NCBI GenBank assembly: GCA_965649825.1
Contig: OZ287696.1
Coordinates: 229,101 to 293,100, forward strand
DNA length: 64,000 nt
Reading direction: 5' to 3'
From: Penicillus capitatus
Lineage: Eukaryota; Plantae; Chlorophyta
Part shown: positions 52,802 through 64,000 of the stretch, piece by piece
Layout of the letters: each line of letters starts with the position of its first letter
Position numbering within the stretch: the first letter of the stretch is position 1
The notes under the pieces: generated by a model
What the model saw: only the letters and a program-made list of their open reading frames with translations
Told to the model about the DNA's origin: nothing
Database searches by the model: none
Position numbers and translations under genes: made by a program

Positions 52802-53548
52802 ATGACTTCTCTGCAGGAGGAGGGTGTGTCAGATGATGGTATATCTCTGAGCCGGACATTGAAATCTGTATGGAATTTCTTTGGCTTCTCCGTCACAGCC
52901 ATTTCGCGCAGTATTCTGCGCCTCTGCCCAGAAAACACTTCGCAGCATAGCGTTATGGACAGCATGCATCTTCTCACTCTTTTTACCGTTTTATGTGTGA
53001 TCAGGTCGAAATGGGAGTCAAGGGAGGACTATTGCTGTTGGTGCTCGTGTTCGCTCGGGCCATCCTATCGGTAGATCTCTTCCAATCCCGACGATAATGT
53101 GATGCATGTATGGATTTTTAGTTGCTCATCGCCGTAGGCAGCATCGCAGGTCTGCTCTTTCTCGGGACCCGAATCATCAACCCAAAGCCAAAACGACCTC
53201 CCCCTCAATGTATGCACTCACAGTGATCACCCACACATGAGATCTTTCTTGTTTGATCAGATAACGCTCCTAACCCTGCCCGATACCCATCGGGCGTCTA
53301 CTATACTCCCGGGGTCTATTATCAGGGCAGCTTCGTTCGGTCTGATGTGCCGGCCAATCCGTACACAGCCGATGTGCTGCATGTCTATCGAGAACCCTCT
53401 GTGCCGCCGACATTTGTCTCCCATCCTGTTCAATGGCCCCAGCCGCCACGACATGGCTTTCCTCCTAGTCAGCCGCCTCCACCACCCCTGCAATCCTAAA
53501 CCAGATGAAGCCTGTCACATCATGGGCAAAATCTACCATCCCCTTTAA
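52802..53548 (+). CDS. Hypothetical small membrane protein
   Basis: + strand GT-AG introns join hydrophobic exons GGLLLLVLVFARAILS|LLIAVGSIAGLLFLG; last-exon frame ambiguous. Confidence 0.4.
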
Positions 53549-53598
53549 GAACGCGTGCTACCATACCTGTTGCGCTTTGGTGTTTCAAGAATCGCACG

Positions 53599-56500
53599 AT
53601 GAGTTTCAGACGACGCGCCGTTTCGTCGCTCTTGAGATCGATATCCTCCTCGTTTGTCACACCGTCAACCACAACCGCCCCCATTACACGTTCATGTCCC
53701 GTGCCCCTCGGTGTGACAAGGACGTTCAACATAACCTCGTTTTCGAAGTTCTCGTCTTTAGGGGGCGGCTCTGGGCGCGATGTATTCTCGACCATTTTCA
53801 ATTCCCCTGCCAGTCGCGCGATCTCTGTCGCTTCGCTAAGACCCAGTGACAAGTAATGATCATCAAGACAAAGGGCGCTCTGCAACGGAGATCGCTGCTT
53901 TCAGATTTCAACCGCGTCACAACAGCATCACGCCGACAGAGGAGAAAGAGATGTTGAATGCCTGCGGCTTTCAGTCTTTGGAGGCGATGATGGAGGCAAC
54001 GGTGCCAGCTGCTATTCGACGGCGGCCGATGCAACTGGGAAAGTACCACGAGGGCTACACGGAACACGAATTTCTCAAAAAATTCAAAGAAATGGCATCG
54101 AAGAACAAAGTCTTGAAATCCTACATCGGTATGGGCTACTACAACACATATCTCCCACCCGTCATCCAGCGAAACCTCTTGGAGAATCCTGGCTGGTACA
54201 CACAGTATACGCCCTATCAGGCAGAGATCGCTCAAGGACGGTGAGTGGATCGAAAGCACGACGCCGTTTTGTATGAGATGGCGGCGCTGTAGATTGGAGT
54301 CGTTGATGAATTTCCAGTCAATGGTGTGCGATCTGACAGGCATGGATTTTTCCAACTCCTCCCTTCTGGACGAAGGCACGGCGGCGGCTGAAGGAATGAC
54401 GATGTGCAATGCGTTGCTGCGGGGAAAGAAAAAGAAATTCTTCATTTCTGAGAAATGCCACCCGCAGACGATTGCCCTCTGCCAAACACGAGCCGAGGGA
54501 CTCGGCATCGAAGTGGTCGTCGGAAACGAGGCCGAACTGCCAAACGACATCTGCGGCGTCCTAATCCAATATCCAGCCACAGATGGGCAGATTCAGGACT
54601 ACGCAGAATTCACAAAGAAAGTCCACAGTCAAGACGCACGTGTTGTTGTCGCGTCAGATCTGTTGGCCTTGACATTGCTGACGCCTCCTGGAGAGTGGGG
54701 TGCCGATATCGTGGTGGGCAGTGCTCAGAGATTTGGAGTGCCGATGGGTTACGGAGGACCGCATGCAGGGTTCTTTGCGTGCAGCGATCAGCACAAACGC
54801 CTCGTTCCGGGTCGCGTAATCGGTGTGAGCAAAGATGCACATGGAGACGCAGCATTTCGTATGGCACTTCAGACGCGCGAACAGCACATTCGACGCGACA
54901 AGGCAACGTCCAACATCTGTACAGCGCAGGCGCTTCTGGCAAACATCGCTGCGATGTATGGTGTCTATCATGGACCAGAGGGATTGAAGACCATTGCTAG
55001 CAGAGTGCATGGACTGGCATGCACGCTGGCAGCAGGTGCTCGGAAACTAGGATTGACCGTCAGTCCCAATCCTTTCTTTGACACTGTCTGCGTCCACGTC
55101 CACGATGCTCAGAAAGTGCGTTGCCTCGTTGTTAGATGGCCGGCCGAATTGTGAAGATTGTGGGCGTAGATGTGTGAACTGGCAGTGCAGCATGGTATGA
55201 ATCTGCGCAAACTGAGTGACAACGCTGTGACGATTTCGCTGGACGAAACGACAGAGATCAGCGACGTGGATGCACTGCTAAAGGTCTTGAACCATGGAAC
55301 GGCACCCGGATTCACTGCCGCCACCTTGGCCGAGTCCACAGAGAGTCCGCTGAAGGGATCTCTACAGCGAAGCAGTCCATTCATGACGCAGTCGGTCTTC
55401 AACTCCTATCACTGTGAACACGAAATGCTGCGTTATCTGAAGCGGCTGGAGAACAGAGATCTATCCCTCTGCCATTCCATGATTCCTCTGGGGTCGTGTA
55501 CGATGAAGCTCAATGCCTCGTCTGAGATGATGCCTGTGACATGGAACGAGTTGGCCAACATGCATCCCTTTGCTCCGGTGGATCAGACGGAGGGTTATCA
55601 GGAGATGTTCAGAGATCTGTGCGATCAGCTCTGTGAGATTACGGCATTCGACTCCGTTTCCCTTCAGCCAAATGCCGGCGCTTCTGGAGAGTATGCTGGA
55701 CTCATGGCCATACGTGCTTATCACCTCTCTCGTGGAGACAGCAGCCGAAACATCTGCATCATTCCGACATCGGCACACGGAACCAACCCAGCCAGCGCCG
55801 TGATGGCTGGAATGAAGGTGGTGACCATCAGCACCGACGACATGGGCAACGTCAATATCCAAGAGCTAAAAGACAAGGCCGAAAAGCACAAGGAGAATCT
55901 AGCTGCCTTTATGATCACGTATCCCTCGACGCATGGTGTCTACGAGGAAGGGATCGATGAGATGTGCCGGATTATACATGAGAATGGTGGACAGGTCTAT
56001 ATGGATGGAGCCAACATGAATGCTCAAGTGGGACTGACAGCTCCTGGTGTGATCGGCGCAGATGTCTGCCACTTGAACCTGCACAAAACCTTCTGCATTC
56101 CTCACGGAGGTGGCGGACCCGGAATGGGACCCATTGGTGTCAAGGCCCATCTGGCGCCTTTCTTGCCATCGCATCCTGTGATTCCGACAGGTGGGCTGCC
56201 CGAGCCAGAAGCGCAGAACTCTTTTGGTGTCGTATCGGCCGCTCCCTTTGGATCGTCGCTGATTTTGCCGATCTCCTTTGCCTACATCGCAATGATGGGC
56301 GCTGGTGGACTGACCCATGCCTCACAACTGGCCATTCTGAATGCGAACTACATGGCCCAGAAGCTGCGCACACACTACCCTGTTCTTTTCAAAGGAAGGA
56401 ATGGCACCAATGCTCACGAGTTCATTATCGACATACGGCCATTCAAAGAGACGGCCAACATCGAACCCGAAGACATCGCCAAGAGACTCATCGATTACGG

Positions 56501-56885
56501 TTACCATGCCCCGACGATGTCCTGGCCCGTTGGTGGAACTTTGATGATCGAGCCGACAGAAAGCGAAAGCAAAGCCGAGTTGGATCGCTTTGTGACTGCC
56601 ATGATCTCCATTCGCAACGAGATCCAAGAGATCGTGGATGGCAAACTGCCTAAAGATGATAATCCATTGAAGAACGCACCCCATTCTATGGGATTCCTGA
56701 TGAAGGAGACATGGGATAAGGCTTACTCACGGGAGAGAGCCGCTTTTCCGGCTCCCTGGACGCGCATCGCCAAGTTCTGGCCAGCGACTGGACGTGTCGA
56801 CAATGTCTATGGCGATCGACATCTCATTGCCCGACTGCCTCCTGCTACAAAGGACAATTCTTTGCCCGAGGCTGCGACGGCTTGA
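53599..56885 (+). CDS. GLDP: Glycine decarboxylase P protein, mitochondrial
   Basis: Presequence [14 protein letters not shown]...[11 protein letters not shown]|FQPRHNS; [20 protein letters not shown]; [22 protein letters not shown]; PLP site [19 protein letters not shown]. Confidence 0.98.
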
Positions 56886-56981
56886 TTCAATTGTGTTCTG
56901 GCGCAACCGTTATTCTTCATTCTTGACGATTATTTTGCTATGACATTATTTTTTGTGCGGAGGATCTACGATGAGGAGAAT

Positions 56982-57863
56982 TTACATGTCATCCCTGTCC
57001 ACAGATCGTGCTTGTTTTAAAAACTGAGCCATTCTCTCGGTACTCTTTCGCAGTCCGCTCTCATCGCAGACACCACTGCTGACATCGAGACCGCTTGGAA
57101 ACAGAGATCTCTGCCTGAGGGTACGCATCGCCTGGGTGACATTACTCGGAGTCAGTCCTCCTGCTAACAACCATCCATGCTTCACGATCTCTCTGTCGTC
57201 GATCCACGCAGGTAGCTTGAGCATCTCGAGAGGAAAACGCACACCACTGCCGCCTTTCATCCCATCGATCAAGACAAAGTCCACAGGTACTGGAAGACGT
57301 TCCGGACATTTTTGCACCTCCCCTGCAGGCCACATCTATGAGGAAGGGATCAAAGTCATCGCCTTCGAAGACCTTTATCATCAACATGCAGAACATAGAT
57401 CTTTGGAATAGCAGGGTCTAGATCAGGCAGGGCATCGCGGGCGTTGTTTCCGTGGAGCTGAAGCATATCGATACACGTCTCTCTCTTCATCTTCTCGATC
57501 TGATCGGCATCTTCGTCCACAAAGATGCCGACGACTTTGGGAAAGCCTTCCCGATCTTTGGGACGGTTCTTTACTAAAGATGTTATCTGTTGGGCCACTT
57601 GAGATGAAACCGATCTTCTGGATTTCGGCCACAGAATCATGCCCAGTAGATCGGCGCCGTGATCCAAGGCGCAACAGGCATCCTCTTCATGTGTCAGTCC
57701 ACAGATCTACAGATGCCGATGGCATTCTTTCGCATCGCGTTTGTCGACGGCACTCGATTCTTGCTTTGACTCTTGGTCGTCTGCCATGCTTCTCGGATGC
57801 ATGGGCCACAACCGAAATACGGCTTCTGTGGAAATGCAGACGCTGAATGCAGAACGAACGCAT
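56982..57863 (-). CDS. trpF: Phosphoribosylanthranilate isomerase (TrpF/PAI)
   Basis: RPRVK|ICGLTHEEDA, GADLLGMI, VVGIFVDE, QLHG, GGSG, WLLAGGLTPSNV, GLDVSSGV. Confidence 0.95.
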
Positions 57864-57901
57864 TTGAATCGCATTCCGTACGTCCGAGTGCCATCCTTCA
57901 C

Positions 57902-59163
57902 ATGTTGCACGTGCAGGTGTCCACTTCGCCGTCTACGTTAGATCTGCAGCGACGCGCAGCCACATCGACGACCATCACGCGTCCAGCGCTCGTTCGCCCG
58001 AGAGTATGCACGTCTCTCTCTTATCCTCGGGAACGCTCTATTCGATGCCACGCTTCCAGTCACGATACCTCATTGCTCGTGAACGAGATACACAATGTTG
58101 TTGCCCAAATGGCCTGTTCCTGCCATATCTACACAGTTTCTCTTCTCTAGACGACGCCTCTTGCACCAGGAGGGATCCAAAATAAAAGCGTCCGTGCTTT
58201 TCGTGGTCTCAGAGGAGAAGACTTTCGGCATCCTCTCGATCAACAGAATACAAGACTGCTGCAAACTTTTCCCGGATTGCAGACAGTGGCTAAGTCTTTG
58301 TTGGGACCTGTAACAGAACAAGTGCTGCTACTGGAGAATATCTCGACTTCTGTCAAAGTGGGTCCACAGCAGCTGCCATCCATCCATCGTCTCTTAATCG
58401 AAGCGGCAGAGATTCTGCAAATGGAATGTCCTGAAGTCTATATCCGACAACATCCTTCGCCCAATGCCTATACGCTTGCGATCTCAGGCAGAAAGCCATT
58501 CATCGTCGTGCACACTTCACTGTTGGAGCTGCTGACAGACAAGGAGATTCAAGTCCGTCTAGATGCTGTTCAGGAAAAGGGGAATGTGTTTGAGATGCAG
58601 GCAGTGTTGGCCCACGAGCTCGGTCATCTGAAATGTGACCACGGTGTTTGGCTGACAGCAGCAAATGTGCTCGCTCTCGGAACAGTCTCGTTGCTTCCTA
58701 TCATCTCCGATGCCGTCGAAGCAGGTCTGCCCTGTCGACTGTGACTTTGTTGATCGAGTCCACTGTCGTTGCGCAGGATTACTAAGGTGGTTGCGAGCGG
58801 CAGAGCTGACATGCGACAGGGCAGCTTTGTTAGTGGCACAAGATCGAAGCGTGATCATCTCTGTTTTGATGAAACTGGCTGGCGGAACACCGTCGTTTGC
58901 CGATGAGTTGAATATCGATGCCTTCTTGGAGCAGGTATGGAAGACAATCTGTCACGGGTTCGCAGAACAGTAGAATGATTGCTTAGGCTCGATCGTACGA
59001 CGAAGCCACGGCATCTCCACTGGGTTGGTACTTGAGAAACGCACAGACACGTGCACTGTCGCACCCCTTGCCAGTCATGCGGGCGCGTGAGGTTGATCGA
59101 TGGGCACAGTCCACACAGTACAAGGCTCTGTTAGCGAAAAACGAAGAGAGATCTCTCGGATGA
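57902..59163 (+). CDS. M48 Zn-metallopeptidase, plastoglobule PGM48-like
   Basis: FRHPLDQQNT, VYIRQHPSPNAYT, AVLAHELGHLKCDHG (HExxH), WLRAAELTCDRAALLVAQD, LSHPLPVMRARE; transit-peptide-like start. Confidence 0.92.
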
Positions 59164-59242
59164 ACGATGACACTTTCTTACAGAGCAGTGGTCTTTGCTT
59201 TCTGTCTTCTGCCTCGATGCACATTGCGAGCAATGGATGACG

Positions 59243-60180
59243 CTATTGCGCAAACAAGAGCACCGAGTCAACAACGCTGTGAACCGTTTGAATATACATT
59301 CTGCGATAACACAAGTGCCTATCATCTGTCTGCAAAGAGAGAGCTGATGTACGCTGCGCTCTTCGATAATGCGTTCATGTTTTCTCCGAGGGCCAGATGA
59401 TCGAATTCGTCAAGTATATAGAAAACGGAGATGTTGGCGTAAGAGAGCAGCTTTTTCAGCGCATGCCAACACTCCGGCTCCGTCATATGCGAAATTCTCG
59501 CCAAGAGGAAGACGAAACAGTTCGCATCACCTGATAAAGTATTGCTTGCCTGAATGCAAAGGCGTCGTTTACTTTGAAGTCCTGCACTTTCTATGACCTT
59601 TGTCAACTCCAAGTCGCCAGCGATCTGGTTCAGATCCCAAAAGAAGAGTTGCAATTGAGCCGGTTGCCGCGCAGCTTGACAAAGACACATTCCCCTTTCG
59701 GCGAGGAATACGTTGAGCTCGACCAAGAGCGACAGATGGTCATGCTCCGTCTGCCCGTTGGCGTGAAAAGTGATCACGCCCCGTCGTTGCCCATGAAGCA
59801 CTTGGACAGGTTCAGCGACGTCTTCTGTCGAACGCTCGCGCAAGGACTTGTATGATCTTCTCGTATATGTCTACGTGAAGAGATCGTTGATCGTTGGCGT
59901 GGCGGCTGCGGGCTTTACATAGAGAATGTGCAGCAAGACGCTTCCGAAAACGATCCCTGTCCACACATCGGAAGATCCAACGGCATCGAGCAAGGGATAC
60001 AGAGATGGCAGCGCAATTCCATCGTATCCAAAGGTCGCCATGGAAGACTCCCGTCTTACGTGTCTGGACCTCAGGAGCAATCGACAAACGGCAAAATCGA
60101 GGTAAGGGTAGCCCCTTACGGCAATGCTCTAGGGATGCCCCCTGCAGGCGCTTTGCATAGCTGGCCGTTGTCCGAAATCC
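59243..60180 (-). CDS. Hypothetical protein with Walker-B-like VFYILDEFD (possible degenerate ORC4/AAA+ relative)
   Basis: ORF 59322-59843 carries LLVELNVFLAERGMCLCQAARQ and FYILDEFDHL; no intact Walker A; boundaries uncertain. Confidence 0.3.
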
Positions 60181-60247
60181 GTGCGCGCAACAGACACGTC
60201 CTGTCGTTGTCGACAGTGAGTAGCTAATGCCACTGTCTAGACACATC

Positions 60248-60769
60248 ATGGTGAACATCCCTTCCGCGCAAGGTCCGTCGCTCTTCTCTCGACCCGCACC
60301 TTCGCACCCGTCCCCGGTATCAGATCTCATGTCTGTGCAGAGAGCGCTTCGAACGGTCAGGCGACGACGGAGAAGAGAGCCATCGAAGAGGACATCGACC
60401 GGGAGATTGAAGCTGCTCTGTCCTGTCCTTGCGTTTCAGACCTCAAAGAAGGACCCTGTGGAAAACAATTCGTTCTTTCTTTCTCCTGCTTTCTCCGCTA
60501 CAACTATGACAATGGCAATCAATTGGACAAGTGTATGGATGCCTTCAACGATCTCCAGGCACGCCGCCTTCCCTTCTTCACGACGCTTGCCGACAGAGAA
60601 GTCTTACAGGAATGCATGGTACAGCATCCAGAACAGTTTGCGGATTTCGTCGAAGCAAAACCTCTGAATCAAGAAGTCTGCTTGCTGCCTCATTCGTTGT
60701 CCCTTCCAGTTGCATCTGTTGTCTTTAGTGTGTGGCCTCTTCCAGCAGCCAACCACAGAAAAACGGTGA
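60248..60769 (+). CDS. MIA40: Mitochondrial intermembrane-space oxidoreductase MIA40
   Basis: CPC motif (ALSCPCVSDLKEGPCG) followed by twin CX9C (CGKQFVLSFSC; CMDAFNDLQ|EC after removing a GC-AG intron). Confidence 0.88.
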
Positions 60770-60799
60770 AGGCGGAGGCGGAAGGCAAAATCTTTGAGA

Positions 60800-61580
60800 C
60801 TATGGTATGCGATCAAAAGGTGCTGTATCTTTGAAGCACTTGGGAAACATCTTCTCGACGTAAGACTTCGAAGCATCGTGATTTTCGCAATGGGGATTGA
60901 GTGCGACAGACAGGGCCGCTCTTCTCTTCACACAGTCCTGGAATTTACCTGTCATCGCACCGTCGTTGTAGACATTGACTGAGTGTTGTGTGAAGTGGCG
61001 GCGGACCTTTGATGCGAAAATTTCCGCGAAGGATTTCCATGGAATAGTCACAGTCGCCACTCAGAACAGCCGCACGGATCTGAGATGCCAATCGTGACCT
61101 GGCTGTCACCCAAGTGAACGGCATACTTCGCTGCACGCATGATGTTCACAGTCTGTCCAATCCATGTCCTTTGCTCGACAGTAATCGTAGGCGTGGATCA
61201 GTTCATGTACCAAAGCTCGATCGATGTCTCCTTGACGAGTGAGATAGTTATGGCACAGCACGACCTAGATTCAGGAAACAGGAACAAGATCGCAGGCAAT
61301 CAGGGCAGAATGACGCACTCCTTGTCCAGGAACGAAACCACCGCCCACTTCCTGAGAGCAGCAACTGGCTTCGAAGAATTCTCGAGGGACTTCGCATCCT
61401 GCCTGTCGGCTAAGGTCGAGGAATGGCAGTGGGTGCAGATCACGAGACCTCTTTGAGTTTGTCACGCATGAACTTCACCGTCATGTTTCGCCTCAGAGCT
61501 CTGTCGATTTTTTTCTCGCAGTCTGCTTTCGTAGTGCCTGCCCAATTCGGCTGGCTGCTGCAGATGTCGGAAGGAAACAT
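60800..61580 (-). CDS. ATP23: Mitochondrial inner-membrane protease ATP23 (peptidase M76)
   Basis: GGGFVPGQG|VVLCHN, ALVHELIHAYDYC (HExxH), DWTDCEHHACSE|IRAAVLSGDC, QDCVKRRAALSV, CFKDTAPFDRIP*; start approximate. Confidence 0.93.
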
Positions 61581-61955
61581 CAAGTCTGCCAGCCGGTGAA
61601 CACCCACCACACTATGTCTTCACAGGGAAACCGGCGTGATGTGACGTGCAGGTTCGTCCGTTCATCGAAGTCGACGTGTTGGTTATACCGTACACACAAC
61701 ATAACCAGCCGCCACGCGCTGGGCACGCGCGCAGGATTCGTACACAGGTTCTGCAAAAATCTGCTTTTCCCATCTTATTCTCTACATTCTCCGCTGCGCC
61801 CTTTCAAACGTGGACCTTAGCCCGACGCGGCCTTTGGCACCAATCGTTGCGTTTGTCGCTCTCTTGGATGTAAGCATTCAACGAATCTCTGTGGAGTGCA
61901 TGCTCTCCACGGACCGCCGTAAAGGAACGGTCGAATGGTCGTGTTGTTCTTGTAG

Positions 61956-63333
61956 ATGCATTGTCACTGTCCGGCACGCAAAATCCAGTGCTTCGCACTG
62001 TTTATTGCCTTTGCAGTTTTCCTATTGAGCGGAAGTGTCCAAGGAGATGGATGTCACGAGCCCTCAAAAGAAATCGGCGACGAAGCAGGTCTGACGGCGG
62101 ATATCTGTTCGCTCACGAAGGGTACACAAAAACTACTCCCCCGACAAAGATCTCACCTTTGTGCAATGGTGCAGCCCTTAAACGTTCGCCGCCAGACTAC
62201 GTCACGGCCGAGGCTTACTACCGCCTTGGCTACGAGAGTAGAGATATCAAGCTTGAGGAGATTGCCAAGGGTCTCGCTAACGTCACAAGTGGCGAGTATG
62301 TGGACGGTTCGATGGAGTTGTTCGAAGACGAGGCGTGGATGCACGATATGCTCCAAAATGCCTTTGAGGGGACCGGTATTTTTGAAGACATGGATGATCT
62401 CAGACGTGCAACGGTATGTGACTGACATGACAGCTTGGCACACATCTCATGGGTCATGTTCTTATGCAGTTTATTGAAAAGCTCTTGCAGGGCGGCGCCC
62501 TATCACACCGTCTCTTTTCAAATCTTGACGAAGCTTATGCCCGTGCCGATGCGGGGAGGCGAAACAAAGCGATTGAGTCAATGGAGCGCGCCATGGCCAA
62601 TTTCTTTGGAAAGGATTCCGAGTGTTCGATTTTTGGAACGGGTCAGTTGAGAGGTATCGAATTCGGTGTCATCAAAGGCGGCGCTGCTTTCACCAACTAT
62701 GACATCGTTGAATCCTTCGCCGACGGTACGTCGTCACTGAACTCACGGCATGTCAGATGCGACTTTTCTTTGTGGACAGGCATCAAGGCCATTGACAGCG
62801 ATCCTGTTGACCTCGAGTCCTTGCAGGCCGCAATTGACCTGATTCGCAAAAATGTCATAACCATCTATCTGCATGCAATCACCAAGTACTCGACAAAGAT
62901 TGCTGAAGAAAACGACTCTTTTGAGGCACAAGTGCGAAGAGATGGTATGTGCGACTCGATGCTGAGCTCTCTCTTTGTAGGCTGAAGGATATGGATATTA
63001 CCTCGCCATTGCCGCCGCCATTAACAATATGCTTCCAGAAGCGCATGAAGTGATTAACGATGCGCTCTCCTTGGAGAACGATCCCGATGCAGAAAAAGCA
63101 GCCAAGGTCTATCGATGTCGCTTCATTCACTACTTCATCGAAACGCTTTTCTGGGCGAACAGGTGAAAGGAGCCGTGGATGATATTCTGGAAGAGCTCGG
63201 GGTCAATGAAGACGATTTTGGCACATACGATCCAGATGCTCGCGACAACTACAAGGAGCCGGCCGAGGTTGCATGCGAGGCTGTCAATCCATTCCAGGAG
63301 TCGTTTGTCCAACTCATTGACTTTGACCGCTAA
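61956..63333 (+). CDS. Secreted FEA1-like (low-iron-inducible) protein
   Basis: Signal peptide (CFALFIAFAVFLLSGSVQG); CSIFGTGQLRGIEFG, AAIDLIRKNVITIYLHAITKYSTKI and Q|AEGYGYYLAI resemble Fea1-domain motifs; acidic; five introns. Confidence 0.58.
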
Positions 63334-63594
63334 ACACACGTCACGTGTACCTCCACCATGACAAACCAAAGAGATTCGACTGTTTACTGTCGTCGCAACG
63401 TTCTAAAATTCCGTTTCGTTTCAGATGCTAAAACGCTGATGCGTTGTCGCGTTCCGTGCCGTGAATCCAATGAAAGGCTCTTCGCTACGAAAGCGACGCT
63501 TTCGGTTTTTTGCGGTCTCTCCGTCGTGACTCTTTTTGTTCGCTTTCTTTGCGCGTTTTCCTTACGTTCGCTGCCTCAAACGCGTCACCATGGC

Positions 63595-64000
63595 ATGCGG
63601 CTCAGCTCCGATGATGGGTACAGAGACCGAAATAAAGAATATCATCGACCAGCATCTCTACAGTTACTTCAAGCCTATGAATCAGCATGGACGTGTGATG
63701 GCGGAGTATATTTGGATCGGAGGCAGTGGAGAGGATTTGCGTTCGAAAACCAAGACGCTGTCCGAACGGCCAAAAACGATTGACCAAGTGCCACTATGGA
63801 ATTTCGACGGTTCGTCGACGGACCAAGCCACAGGAGACGATTCCGAGGTCTACCTGAACCCTGTTGCCATATATCATGATCCACTGAGAGGAGGGGAAAA
63901 CATTCTGGTGCTCTGTGAGACGTACGAGCCTCCACGGATCGATGCATCTGGCAATGCCGTGACAGCACCAAAGCCATTGAAATCCAACACACGACATGCC
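63595..64000 (+). CDS. GLN: Glutamine synthetase type II, 5' part (runs off window end)
   Basis: MRLSSDDG|[32 protein letters not shown]...[29 protein letters not shown]. Confidence 0.97.

Noticed and set aside
53520-53885. 121-aa minus-strand ORF
   Set aside because: It is antisense to GLDP exon 1 (mitochondrial presequence ending [11 protein letters not shown])
53599-64000. GLDP and GS II within 10 kb as a photorespiratory nitrogen cluster
   Set aside because: Separated by six unrelated genes; expected by chance at this gene density

Overview
Gene-dense (about 33 genes in 64 kb, ~50% GC) nuclear DNA of a photosynthetic eukaryote, most likely a chlorophyte green alga (TGD2, HCF152-like PPR, PGM48-like, plastid-type IPMS and PAI, FEA1-like); the species cannot be determined from this window. 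Genes are split by many short (~40-60 nt) spliceosomal introns, so the ORF track fragments nearly every gene. I rebuilt gene models by hand, and CDS coordinates span first to last coding base including introns. The standard genetic code is used. Recognisable genes: CWF19L1, ARID protein, V-ATPase B, PPR, cap N7-methyltransferase, PcnB-type poly(A) polymerase, apyrase, RabGGT beta, UBA1, CWC21/SRRM2-like, ARL5, LRR receptor-like protein, TGD2, IPMS, GLDP, PAI, M48 peptidase, MIA40, ATP23, FEA1-like and GS II. There is a TE island at 29.3-32.4 kb and a retropepsin relic near 47 kb. Best leads: (i) a single gene encoding three tandem LCI1-like 4-TM units; (ii) a secreted Pro-rich protein and a secreted Gly-rich protein sharing a PPxKKKxKK..PCxCxC module; (iii) MIA40 tail-to-tail with ATP23 (its known substrate in yeast); (iv) a tandem pair of unnamed 4-TM paralogs; (v) four GC-AG introns supported by protein motifs. 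No rRNA, tRNA or CRISPR array was seen. Family calls come from recalled motifs, not database searches.
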